A stretch of DNA of 64,000 nt, from the NCBI GenBank assembly GCA_038087875.1, contig CM075982.1, positions 26,722,001 through 26,786,000 of the forward strand, written 5' to 3'. The first letter of the stretch is position 1, and each line of letters starts with the position of its first letter. This DNA is from Malacoraja senta (Eukaryota). Positions 1-11,971 of this stretch are shown piece after piece. Both the position numbers and the translations under genes were made by a program. The notes under the pieces were generated by a model. That model worked only from the letters and a program-made list of their open reading frames with translations. It searched no databases and was not told the DNA's origin.

Positions 1-890
1 TCCTCATAGAAACTGGACCATTCAACTTGCAAAAGGAAAGATCGGAGATCTGTAACCTTTAATTAGTCTGTTTTCATTTCTGTTCATGCTGCCGGAGAGG
101 GTCTCCAACATTTTCTGTATTTTAGCTTCCAGCATCTGCAATCTTAGCATTTGTCCACGGTCTTTTATCAGGTTTTGGAACACATTTACATAGCTGTTGT
201 TCGCAATTCGTTGTGCTTGTAGATAGCCAAGGAAGATGTTTTTAATAGCTGTGTTTAATAACCAAAATGAACAACATTTTTGCGAAAGCTGAAATAAAAC
301 CTTCAAAGTGAACAGTAATTAATTTTTGATTCATTCAGTAATGCCCCATTTAAACTTATGTTTCTCTAGTATAAACCTTTGCAGCCTCTCATAATGATTT
401 TTATATCTTATTGAGGTAGTAATATTTGTTCTTGCTACTTTTCAATGCTCAGGTTAATTTCTGATGGTATAGTCAAAAAGATTGTACATAGTGTTTTAAT
501 GTGAACAGAAAGTACAGTCTATGAACTCAAAATCAATTCATTATCAGCACTCTGTTCATCTCTCTCATTCATATTATTCCTTTTCTGCTGGCGTACTCTG
601 TGCTAATGGGTTCATTGATCTATTGTCCCGTGTCCTCAAACCATCTCTTTGTTTTGTACCATCAAATCCTACAAGTCAGCTTATTATTATCACCAGTTAT
701 TACCCTTTCCCCAGTCTCCTGATTTTTGTATTTGTCCAAAGTGTTTTACGTGACATTTTCTTTCCAGCTCAGCATAAGCAAGAATTTCAATACTAAGCCC
801 TGGATAACCCTGCTTTTGATCTTTTTTGCAGCATGAAAATATTTCAGATATGGTTGTGCTCTGTTTTAAACTAATGTCCTATATATGTTC

Positions 891-1067
891 GAAGATAGAC
901 ACAAAATGCTGGAGTAACTCAGCAAGACAGGCAGTATTTCTGGAGAGAAGGAATGGGTGACTTTTCGGGTCGAGACCAGTCTTGAGAAGGGTCTCGACCC
1001 GAAACGTCACTGAGTTACTCCAGCATTTTGTGTCTACCTTTGGTTTAAATCAGCATCTGCAGTTCCT
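891..1067. mobile_element. Palindromic Penelope-like/hammerhead element, internally deleted
   Basis: Inverted arms; GGGTCTCGACCC-GAAACGTC core; 14-bp TSD TCCTATATATGTTC at 877-890 and 1068-1081. Confidence 0.8.
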
Positions 1068-2857
1068 TCCTATATATGTTCCATGTCCTACATATTGCTA
1101 GTTTTTTGTGGCCTGTTTCGTAATCACTGATGTGGAACTTTGTCAGGAACTTTGTTAATCCAAGCACATTACAGTAACTTGTTGCTGAATATATTTTTAA
1201 AAAACTGCAGATACTGGAAATCTAAAATAAGAAAATGTAAAATGCTGGTAATACTCAGGGCAGGCTGCATCTGTGGGAAGAAAGTCAACATTTCGGGTCA
1301 GGGATCCTTTGCCAGAACATGTAGCTTATTCCTGTTGTGACACACAAGTAATAATTCAAGAAAGCTTCCAGTCAATAAATGAACGTCATTGGTTTTGCAA
1401 TTGTTAATTTATTTTTCCCTTGAACTGTTGTTGAACTATATTGTTCATAATATGCTTCTCAACTCCCTTTTTTCAAATTATACAAATGTACTCGGATAGG
1501 AATTGTAAAGTGGAGTTGCTGGAGACCTTGTCACTCATCTTGAATACTTGACCCAATATATAACTTGTGACATTTGAATTTGCTTTAACATGGAGGGCAT
1601 TTTATTGAGTTATACCGAAATGACAGAATGTCCTTTCCCAGCATGTTTAATGTTCTTTTCAACCGAGTTACTTTGGCATCTTTGTAAATTTTGGTCATAT
1701 TATAACTTTGACTTTTAAATATTACCAAGGTGGTATATACACATTTCAAACAATGGAAAACTGACTTGTCTTGTTTCATGCAATTCTAACGCCAGTTATG
1801 AAGAATTTTATGTTTGTACGTTATGTACTTATGATATATCCAAACATTTGTATTACTCGTCAGTAGTCTGCCAAACTATCATTGTGATAGAAAGTTGAGT
1901 TCAAGTTCGTAAGCACAGAATTGCAGGCTCTGTTATTGTTATGAGGATGCATCAAATTTCAGTCAAACATTTAAAGTCGTTCACACACTTAGTAAGTTAA
2001 AACAATAATCATGAGATTTTGAAGGAAAGCCAATAAATTTGTTCTAATACCTTGAGTCAACATTTATCCTTCAACCTCTGCTACTAAAAGTAGATTACTG
2101 TGCATACTTGTCTTGTTTTGTAGCTTACAGCAGTGGCTGTATTTTGTAAATACTTCATTAGCTCCAAATTACTCCAGAAAGGTGCAAAATACCTTATTTC
2201 CCCATTATTCCTCCACTGATAACCACAACTGCTTTGTTCCACATCATGTTCGGCCCAGACATTGTGGGCCGGTGGGCCTGTTTCTACGTTGTACCGCACT
2301 GCTCTATAGATGGTCCTTTCAGTGAATCAATTATTACTCTTCTGAACAGTTTCTTGGAGATCTCATCCAAATCTGATGTGGAGCAATTCACTTTTATCTT
2401 CCAAGCTATGTTAAAATATTTTTGTCTCTTGGTAATTTGGTACTTTCCCCCCCACCTCGAGCAGGATTTTGTCAAACATTGAAGGGAACATTAAAATAAC
2501 ACAAAATTATGGAGGAATAAATGTGTTTGGTATTTGGTTACTAAATTAGCTTATGGTTAATTATCTATTGGCTTGGGGTGGTACTTTGCAATTTACAATT
2601 ATGAAGGACTTTGATTATAACATTTCCAAAGCTCTTCATAGTGTCATGAATAGGTTTTGCAAGGGTTCTGAGAAAGTGGCTGGAGAAGAATGGAGATGTG
2701 GGTGGAATTGAAGCTGTGGGGACATTGAAACCCATGAGACTTGGGCAACTAAAGTTTGGTATGGTGCCTGAGTTGCCTGCAATAGTGAAGATCTGGATGG
2801 GCAAGTATAATGGGAAAGTTGAACCTGTACTTGGATGTGAAAAATATACATCTTCTA

Positions 2858-3013
2858 GATGCGCTGGGATGCATCCTCAGTGACGTGACCTGGGGTCATC
2901 GGGTGTTTCGGGTCTCACAACATCAGACAACCCTCACCCAGGCAACCCAGCCGGGGTTGATCAGGCCCCGACTTGCGTCCCAGCAGCAACCGCCCACGGA
3001 TTAGCCATCTTAA
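2858..3013 (-). mobile_element. 3' end of a Hero-like (RLE-type) non-LTR retrotransposon
   Basis: GC-rich insert; minus strand reads IKMANPWAVAAGTQVGA* then a ...GACCCGAAACACCC...CACTGAGGATG tail, resembling Hero 3' ends as recalled. Confidence 0.45.
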
Positions 3014-3454
3014 TAACTACTCTGCAGGGGTTGGGAGACTCTAGTGCGTGGAGGGACTGGGCTCTGTGGATAGGTTACATGAGTTGAGATTTGTGACATT
3101 TAGAATAATAGCCTGCAAAACATTTGAGCAATTGAGTCTGATGGCAACCGAGATGTACACACGGGTTCACTGTAAGATGAACCAAGGTAAGGACGGAGTT
3201 GGATGGTGCTTCAAAATTTTTTAATTGCGATGATTAAGGGAGAGGGTGAAAATATAGTTGAACAGCACTTTGGGATTGTGAATACTCCAATTACCAAAGA
3301 TTCAGTGGTCACTCAATTAGTGAGCTTATGGAGATTTTGCGAGAGGGTGTAAAAAGTTACTGAGAAGGCAGGAGAATGGGATTGAAAGGGGAAAATAGAT
3401 CAGCCATGATTGAATGATCCTATCAAGGCTAATGATGAAATAAAGCAACATTTC

Positions 3455-4069
3455 TGTTGTACGAGAATTTTGCTCGAACAGTTTGACCCATAGCGCTGTG
3501 GCCATAGTACTATGTTTAAAGCCCATTGCGCTGTGGCCGGCAGCGCTATATTTAAAGTCCATAACGCAGCGGCCGACAGCGCTCTTGTTTAAACCTTTGC
3601 GCGGCATGTCTGTAGCCTGTGTGTATTACCTTTGCACGACAAGTCTGTCACGCTTTGTGTATTACTTTGCGTGCTTGTCTGCGGCCGGTAGTTTCGAAAG
3701 GGTGGGGGAGGGGGGGGGCCTTGCTCGGATGAAAACCCCTGCCATTGGGTACAGTTTGAATTTGGGAGCAGCGCTATTGGCCAGGACTTACCTGCGGTTA
3801 TTTCAACGGCAGATTTCTGCCTGTATAAAGGCATAAAGTAAGCCATAAGGTAGTTCATGTGCGAGAGGGGTTCACTGACGGGTTGAGTCAGGATCAGTGC
3901 TGCAGACGGAGGCAGGGAGAGAAAGAGGTGTGCTGCAGTAAAACGGACCCCGCGCATACCAAGACCAAGTATCGTTTTTGTCTTGCCAATAAATCTTTGT
4001 AACAAAAACAGACGAGTGAGCCTTTTTCTGTTCTACTAGTCAGATCCTTGAACCTGTTCCCTTGTAACA
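3455..4069 (+). mobile_element. Solo LTR, 615 bp
   Basis: TGTT...AACA termini; 5-bp TSD ATTTC (3450-3454, 4070-4074); TATAAA 3824-3829; AATAAA 3988-3993; CpG-rich. Confidence 0.8.
3485..3593 (+). repeat. 3 x ~36-bp tandem repeat in the U3 part of the LTR
   Basis: Units CCATwGCGCTGTGGCC...GCTATRTTTAAA at ~3485, 3521 and 3557. Confidence 0.8.
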
Positions 4070-4604
4070 ATTTCCCAGTCCAAAAGAAATATATTTTCCT
4101 AATGAGTGCCAACCAATGTTTGTTTAAGAGCACTCGGTAGGAATATTAATGAGACACTGCAGCAATTAAATCAGAGCCTAGGTTCTCTCTGATAGTACAT
4201 TTATTATTTTAATTTGTTTCTCAATAAATAGATAATGAAATGGTGTGTGTTAATTAAGAGTTAGATGGGTTTTCTGGGATGTAGAGTTGTTTGTATGGAT
4301 TCGGTAATTATAAGATGTTATAATTTATGGCTTGGTGAATTGAGTATAAAAGTTGGGAGGTTATGCTTAAGTTATATAGGAAAATTGAACTTATTTAAGA
4401 AAATGTTAGTATATTGAAAGCAGTTCAGAAAAGGTTTGGAGACTAATAACTGGAAAGGGTGGGTTGCCTTGTGAGGAAAGTTTAGTTTAGCGATTCAGCA
4501 AGGAAACAGGCCCTTCTGCCCACCAAGTCTGCGTCGACCAATAATCTACGCACACTAGCACTATCCTACACACACTGGGGTCAAGTTACAATTTGACCAA
4601 ACCA

Positions 4605-4708
4605 TCAGTCTGAAGAAGGGTCCTGACCCGAAACGTCATTCATTCCTTCTCTCCAGAGATGCTGCCTGTCCTGCTGAGTTACTCCAGCATTTTGTGTCTA
4701 CCTTCGAT
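4605..4708 (+). mobile_element. Single-arm Penelope-like element with intact hammerhead core
   Basis: AGT-CTGAAGA-A-GGGT CCTG ACCC-GAAA-CGTC-ATT at 4607-4640. Confidence 0.75.
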
Positions 4709-4723
4709 TTTACCAAGCCAATT

Positions 4724-5016
4724 GGGCGGCACGGTGTTGCAGCAGTAGAGTTGCTGCCTCACAGCGCCAGTGACCTGGGTTCGATCCTGACTATGGATGC
4801 TGTATGTACAGAGTTCGTACGTTCTCCCCATAACCTCATGGGTTTTTTCCGAGATCTTCGGTTTCCTTCCACACTTCAAAGACGTACAGGTTTTTAGGCT
4901 CATTGGCTTGGTATCAATGTAAAATTGTCCCTTGTGCGTGTAGGGTAGTGTTAGTGTGCGGGTATTGCTGGTTGGTGCAAACTCGGTGTGCCGAAGGGCC
5001 TGTTTCCGCACTGTAA
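4724..5016 (+). mobile_element. Full-length V-SINE (HE1-like)
   Basis: GGGCGGCACGGTG head, B-box GGTTCGATCC, V-core, GCCGAAGGGCCTGTTTCC tail shared with CR1. Confidence 0.88.
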
Positions 5017-6372
5017 ACAATGCACTTACAAACCTGCATATCTTTGGAATGTGAGAGGAAACCGGAACACCCGGAGAAGCCCCACGCATGTCACGGGGCG
5101 AACGTACCGCGTACAGACAGCTCCCGTAGTCAGGATCGAACCCGAGTCTCTGGCGTGGGAGGCAGCAACTCTACTGCTGTACCTCCGTTGAAAAGCATTA
5201 GAAAGCAAAGCTTGTATCCCCTGGAATTTAGAATAAAGGACTTGTTGAAATGTATAAGATTCTGAAGAGTGTTAACAGACTGTCTGTGGAGGGTGTGTTT
5301 TCTCTTGTGGGAGAATGCTGAACTAGGAGGTCACTGATTAAAAATAAGCCATTGCCCATTTCCGAAAAATATGAGGCTTTTTTTCTCTGAAAGTTGTGAA
5401 ACTTTCCAAAATGTGGTGGAATAATGGTTATTGAATATATTTTCAGGTCAGAGGAGAGTGGATTTTTGTTAAGCAGCAAGGTGAAAGGTTACTACATACA
5501 GATTGTTAGGAATACAGAAGTGAAGCTACAATCAGATTTTCATAGTTCCCTCCATATCAGCTCCCAGCAGAACAATCCCATTAGTATCTACTTGCACTTT
5601 TGAGTTATTAACAGTAGCCATTTAACCTGCCAGCACAGGTTTGAGGGAGGAAACCGGAGCATCAGGTTGTTCAGGGAGAAAGTGCAAACTCCACATTGAC
5701 AGCACCCAAATTCAAGATTGAACTACATGAAAGTCCATGTGGCATTTGAGGCTTTGCTCGTTATTTTCCTTCGATTGCTCACCTGCCTTGTTACTTCTGA
5801 TCCGCATCTTCAAGCTTGCAATAATATTTTCCAATCTTATTTTATTCGTAAAATAGTTTAACTGAAAGGAGCTGGAGAATTTTGCATTTTGCAAAACAAT
5901 TCAATCTAAAGTGACAATTTTAGAAAACTAAGACTCTTGTGGATGAAAAATTTAGCTGGCACAAGCATATAAATATTTTGCTGACATTGTAATAGTCTCT
6001 TGCAAAGGTGTGCATTTTTTTTTCTCCCATCAATAAAGCTGTTCTTTCCCTTTGAAAATGAATTCCTTTATACATTGAACCTAGTTTAAAAATGGGCAGG
6101 TATAATTTTAGATCAACTGATTCTCACCAGGCCAATTAGTAGTATTTTGCACATTCGATTGTATTTAGTCCTGTGTTGTCCTATGTAATTTGATAGGAAT
6201 CGCGAGCTTCCTCTGATGGAAACCTAGAACTCGTGCTTTGCTCTAGTCTTGGGGTGAAATACCATAATACTTAAGAAATTGAGTGTGATTGACAGTTAAC
6301 TTTTGCATTCAGAAAATAACTTGCTGGGAAATTATCATCCATCCCTTTCAAGGTTACAGAGTTCATTAAAAG

Positions 6373-6466
6373 TCTGAAGAAGGGTTTCAATCCGAAACGT
6401 TGCCTATTTCCTTTGCTCCATAGATGCTGCCTCACCCGCTGAGTTTCTCCAGCATTTTTGTCTACC
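6373..6466 (+). mobile_element. Single-arm hammerhead element, GTT subfamily
   Basis: CTGAAGA-A-GGGT TTCA ATCC-GAAA-CGTT; 11-bp TSD TTCATTAAAAG at 6362-6372 and 6467-6477. Confidence 0.8.
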
Positions 6467-8633
6467 TTCATTAAAAGCAGGTATTTGTTGCAAACTCTAA
6501 ATTGCTTATTAATTATAATGTCCCTGTAAATGAGTAAATACTTAATCTATGTCTTGTTTCATCCATTCTTCCTTTCTCTTTGCCATACTCTGCATATTTA
6601 AGCATGGAGGAAGCCAATGCTTTCTGCGGGAGGTATATATAATTACAGAACAAGACATAAAAATTGAGCCACTGGCTCAAATCTAACAGTCTGGTTTAGC
6701 TTGGAACATTGCTTAAGATAAACTTCCTCAGCCCATTGACTACTTTTATGACTCCATATTGTATGAGATCAGTGTATTTCAAATTGAACTTTGGAAATAT
6801 CATTTTTCTACATTTGTTCTCCTATATTAGCTTGGACCTCAGTCCCAATGTTGATGAGAGTCCTGCAAGGTTGCTGGCAATCAATTTGTCCAAGGGTAAT
6901 TGTATGACATTGTTCTAATGTCCTTCTTGTTTGACTTTGCAAATATATTTAGTTATCTGGAAAAGTGCAGTTGAGAAATATGACGTCACACATGAAAACC
7001 TTGGATGGGTGAAACAGATGATCCACTGGGATAATTCTTCAGCTTACTTCAGCACAAAGTAGATGGACCATAACGTATTACAATCGGTCTAATCGAGAAA
7101 CACTGGAGGATGAAAATAAAATAAATAATGGATTAGATATTCTTGTTCGTAATTTACAGTTACTTGGCAGCTGATATGAGAGTTTTTGGCAGATATTTGG
7201 GTGCTGGTAGAAATAGCTCAGAGTGTCTAAAGACAAATACAAAAGTACTTTGTTTCCCCATTATGGCACATATTATTGTTTCTCAAAAAATGCAATCTGT
7301 ACATTTGGCACAGTTATCAAGGTTTTTTAATTGTGCTCCCAATTCCTTTTGTCAGTCTGGTAATATCTATAACATTAGAATTGGTAGATCAAATAATTGA
7401 CTCACAAAAGAGGTATTTGGAGAACATGCACAGTAAGGCAGAGAAGTCAAAATATAACTTTGAAAGCGACTAGTAAATTTAACCAAGGAAGCCAATAGTA
7501 GGTCCCGTTCTCCCATAATACCGGAGGCCATTCGGTCTGTCAAGTCTTTGCCAACTTCTCGGCAATTCAGTCAATATTTTTTTTTCCCCACTTATTTCCC
7601 CGTAATCCATTCTTTTCAATTGCCCATCATCTCCACCTTGATTTTCATACCTTCTCTAGGGATAGTTTACAGTCACCCATTAACCTACCAACCCATACAT
7701 CTTGGTGATGTGGACAGAAACTAGAGCATCTGGAGCAAGCCCACATGGTCATAGGGAGTACAGTCTCCACAGTGAGAGCCTTTAAAGCCTGGGTTGAACC
7801 TTGATATAGATGCAAGACACCAACTCTACCTGCTGCACCACTGTGTTGCCTACATAGAGGATGGGTATCGTGGCATGCATGCTTGGAACAGGGTGTGATG
7901 TTAGCAACTACATTTTGAATAGGTTGGATGAAGGAAGATCAACCAGGTGAAGATTGTAATAAATACACATTTTCAACAGCTGGGTACAAGCTATTGAGGT
8001 GCATGTGGAAGATAACATTTTTGAAAATGTAGTGCATTTAATGTTTGACTCCTGTTAATCAATGCATTGGCTTTCTGAATTCAGTGCTAAGGACAAGGAT
8101 GCATTTATGGCAGCTTAGTGAAAACCTTGTAATGTCCTTGAAATTTTAGATTCTCTGCTTCCACGAAGATAGTAGGTAAAGAATTACAGAATATTTAATC
8201 TCCTGCCTTAAATGGATGGCAATGTATGATGTGTTCGGATGGAGTGTAATTGGGATTTGTACATTGATGTTACTTCTTTATTTCTGTGCTTTTTTTTCCC
8301 TCCTTCATTAGTGGTCGAGATTGCTAGAGAGTTTTTAAAGTAATCAGCATTGATGGAATTCATATAAATTGTCTGCACTTCAACCTGGTATGTTGGTGAT
8401 CAAGGAGGGTAGAATAGAACATAGTACAGTACAAGAACAGATCATTTGGCACACAATGTCTGTGCCATATATTATGCGAAGACCAACTCTAAACCGCCTG
8501 CATGTTCCTCTGTTTGGGGAAACAAACTTGCCTTGAACATTTCCTTTAAAGTTTGCCCCTCGCCTTAAAGCTGTGCCCTCTGGTATTTGATTTTTCCATC
8601 CTGGGAGAACGGTCCTGTATTCACCATCTATGT

Positions 8634-9654
8634 AGGTATGTTACAAAACTTACCTTCAGTCGCGCTGTCATTCTGCCACTGGCCGTGTGCGCGATTTTGG
8701 CGCCTTTAAGGGGGGGGCGGGGTTAAAACGCGGGTTTCTCCCTTGTCCTGGTTGATATTTTGTTGGAGTACAAGCCTTGGCTGACAAAATCGTTCCTACC
8801 GGCGTTTTGTGAATTTTTTATTTTTATTAAATCGTCAATGTCAGCGCTACAGTAATTTTAAAAGCAGCTCCTGAAGCGTCAACGCCGATAACGGGGACGG
8901 ATTTTACACACGGGACAGGTAAACAAAAGTGGTTTCTTTAAATGTATAAAAGTGCTTCTTAAGAAGCCTTTAATTCACATTTTTTTCATGCGACACGGTG
9001 ATTTTATTCCCCGAATTAACGGCAGTATTTTTCATGCCAATAAGGGGTTAAATTCACCGCAAATCAACGTTCCAAAAGATCGCGTTCCAGAAATCCTCAC
9101 TCGCAAGATGAATTAAATCCCCATTAATTTACAGGTATTAAACATTCAATTCCTTCCATTTGGCCTGTAAATTCATGAAAATTAGATTTAAAAATTATGT
9201 TATATTGTGAATTATTGTGTGAATGTTATTTGGACACTTAGGCTATTTAAAAATGTTAATCTATTCTTAAGAAATTGATAGATGTTTAGATCTAGTAATT
9301 GAATTTTGTAATTAGCTACAATTAGGTAACTAACTAATTATATGCTTTACTTTCATGTCTTCGAAGTAAGATTGTTTCATATTTGTTTCAGAATTCTTCA
9401 ATCTATAATAACTGAAAATTTCTTTCAGTTATCATAATTTTTAAGAAAGTTATGGGCTTTTAACTGTCCTCGATCACAGCTTTTGTGTTAAGTCAATGGA
9501 AAAGCAATAGGGAACTAGATGCTAATTTCTGAGTATGATAATGGCCATAACTTTTTTAATACTGAAGATATGAAAGTGAATTAAGTGTCAAATTAAACTT
9601 CTTTTTATGCTTTATCTGATGGGATAAATTGCAGACTTTATTTTTTAAATCTCA
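8634..9654. mobile_element. Unclassified ~1-kb insertion in a minus-strand CR1 remnant
   Basis: Abrupt CpG-rich start; 8-bp direct repeat ATCTATGT at 8626-8633 and 9655-9662; CR1 sequence resumes after it. Confidence 0.6.
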
Positions 9655-10879
9655 ATCTATGTCTCTCATAATTTTGTATGCATGTCTCAGGGCCCCCCCC
9701 CCCCCCTACCTCTGGTAGGAAGATTTCAAAATCGTCTCAGGCAGCCAATTGCTGGTTTCAGAAATGTATCAAGCCTCTTCTGTTTTTACAACTACATCTT
9801 TTATGGAATTGGGAAGTATTCCAGCACATTCCCGATGTGAGCAGGGGAAGATCAGTGTGAAGAGCCAGGATTTTGCTGCTTGTTACTGAGCACCGAGGCC
9901 TTTGCCCTATTTTTGATACCACGATATTTATCAGACAGGTCTGTTCATGTTTCTGGACATGGGCAATACCCAAGATGCTGATGGTTAAGGACTTGACAAT
10001 GGTTATTTTACTCAAAGTCAGATAGCTGGCCTTTTCTCATTTGACACAGTTGTTATCTGGTGCATTCACACTGCTGTTATTCACTGCTAGTTGTCAGACC
10101 CAACCTAAAAGTACTTTTGAATTTTAGCATTAATGAGTAACTTTAATCTGTTATGAATTGATTTAGTTTTGTTTTATTATCGAGGTACAGTGAAAAGCTT
10201 TGTGTTACATGCTAACCAGTCAATGGAAAGACTACGCATGAGTACATCGAGTCGTTCACTGTGGACAGATACATGATCAAGGGAATAACGATTCCGCTGT
10301 TGGAGTAGAGGTTTAAAAGAGTGGAGTGATTGTTTACTGAAAATGTCAATCAGAACTTTTCTGCACAACTTATGATAGAGGAAAAGTAATTAATGCTGAA
10401 GAATGAAGTTGAAGAATATTGTGTTGACAATGCTTCCTTGAGGAGAAATGCAGCCATTATGGGCTGTGGATGCTGGAATCCTGAGCAAAACACAAAGTGC
10501 TGGAGGAATTTGGAGGGTCAGGCGGCATCTGGGAGACATTTTGGATCGGTTTATAAATGTTGAAGTCCTCCCATGGTGAAGGTACTGCTATGGGTGGGAG
10601 TTTCAGGAATTTGTACCCAGCCTGCCCCCTTGTCCTTGGAGGTAAAGGTCGTGGGTTTGGGAGGTGCTGTCAAGTAACACAGGCAAACAACTGCTATGCA
10701 TTTTATAGATGGTACAGATTGCAGCCATTGTGCATGGGTGATGGAGAGAAGAAATGGTTAGGGTGGTAGATGAGTTGCCAATATAGCAAGGTGCTTCTCC
10801 TAGATGTTATTGAGTGTTGGAACTGCTCACCTGAGCCAGTATGAGCCAATTTCCTTGAAATTGTACAATCCTGGGAGAA

Positions 10880-11448
10880 CGGTCAGTTGTACAAGACGTT
10901 GGTGAGGGCACATTTAGAGTATTGTGTTCAGATTGGTCACCCTGTTATAGGAACAATGTTGTTAAGCTGGAAAGGGAGCAGAGAAGATTTACAAGGATGA
11001 TGCCAGGACTCGAGGGCCTGAGCTATATGGAGAGGTTGAGCAGGCTAGGACTCTATTCCTTGGAGCACAGGAGGATGAGGGGTGATCTTATAGAGGTGTA
11101 TAAAATCATGGGTGGAATAGATAGGGTGAATGCACAGTATTTTACCCAGAGGGGAGGAATCAATAACCAGAGTACATAGGTTGATGGTAAGAGGCAAAGA
11201 TTTCATAGGAACCTGAAGGGCAACTTTTCAACACAGAGTGGTAGGGATATGGAACAAACTCTTGGAGGTGGTAGTTGAGGCAGGCACTATCGCAAAGTTT
11301 AAAAAAACATTTGGACAGGTACGTGGAAATGATAGGTTTAGAGGGATATGGACCAAATGTAGGCAGGAGGGACTAGTGTGGATGGGTCACGTTGGCCGGT
11401 TTGGGCAAGTTGGGCTGAAAGGCCTGTTTTCACACTGTATGACCCTAT
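10880..11448 (+). mobile_element. CR1 (HER1-like) LINE 3' fragment
   Basis: Broken RT C-terminus WSPCYR..KLEREQRRFTRMMPGLEGLSY.ERL..LGLYSLE.RRMRGDLIEVYKI plus tail. Confidence 0.9.
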
Positions 11449-11748
11449 GGAACAATATATTATGTTTTGATTTCATTTGTTCAGTAATTTTACAAGAAAA
11501 GCATTTTATTTAATTGTTTTTATTTATTCGTTTCTGACAGATTCATTAACTTTGTCTATCTAGGAGTTAAAATTAGGGATGCAGACTTCAAATGAACACA
11601 ATACAATCTGAAGAAGAGTCCCAACCCGAAACATTACCTCCAATTCCTCCACCGATTCTGCCTGACCCACTGAGTTACTTCAACACTTTGTGTTTTGCTC
11701 AAGATTCTTGCATCTGCAGTTCTTTGTGTCTCTAAATAACATAGGTGT

Positions 11749-11971
11749 GTAGGAAAGAACTGCAGATGCTAATTTAAATCGAAGGTAGACACAAAATGCT
11801 GGAGTAATTCAGCGGGACAGGCAGCATCTCTGGAGAGAAGGGATGGGTGACGTTTCGGGTCGAGACCCTTCTTCAGTCTGAAAAAGGGTCTCGACCCAAA
11901 ACGTCACCCATTCCTTCTCTCCAGATATGCTGCCTGTCCCGCTGAGTTACTCCGGCATTTTGTGTCTACCT
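11749..11971. mobile_element. Palindromic Penelope-like/hammerhead element, GTC subfamily
   Basis: Arms meet at CTTCTTCAG-T-CTGAA; 16-bp TSD TAAATAACATAGGTGT at 11733-11748 and 11972-11987. Confidence 0.88.

Larger units (their letters stand above)
4481..5189 (-). mobile_element. tRNA-derived V-SINE (HE1-like) interrupted by two younger insertions
   Basis: RC tail at 4481-4600; RC V-core and tRNA head at 5022-5189. Confidence 0.8.

Noticed and set aside
826-843. TTG CAG CAT GAA AAT ATT = LQHENI, matching the expected upstream ULK2 exon ELQHENIVALYDVQ
   Set aside because: No Glu codon or acceptor before it, the match breaks after 6 codons and no donor sits at the right distance. It is chance or a decayed relic; the true exon is probably upstream of the window.
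2900-2935. Minus-strand CTGATG...GACCCGAAACAC resembling a hammerhead
   Set aside because: Reads CTGATGT rather than CTGAnGA, with no proper stem II or NUH; treated as a LINE tail.
3485-3593. 36-bp partly palindromic repeats suggestive of CRISPR
   Set aside because: Directly tandem with no spacers, degenerate and inside a eukaryotic LTR.
3483-4005. 117-aa and 138-aa ORFs
   Set aside because: They lie inside the solo LTR and show no protein motif.
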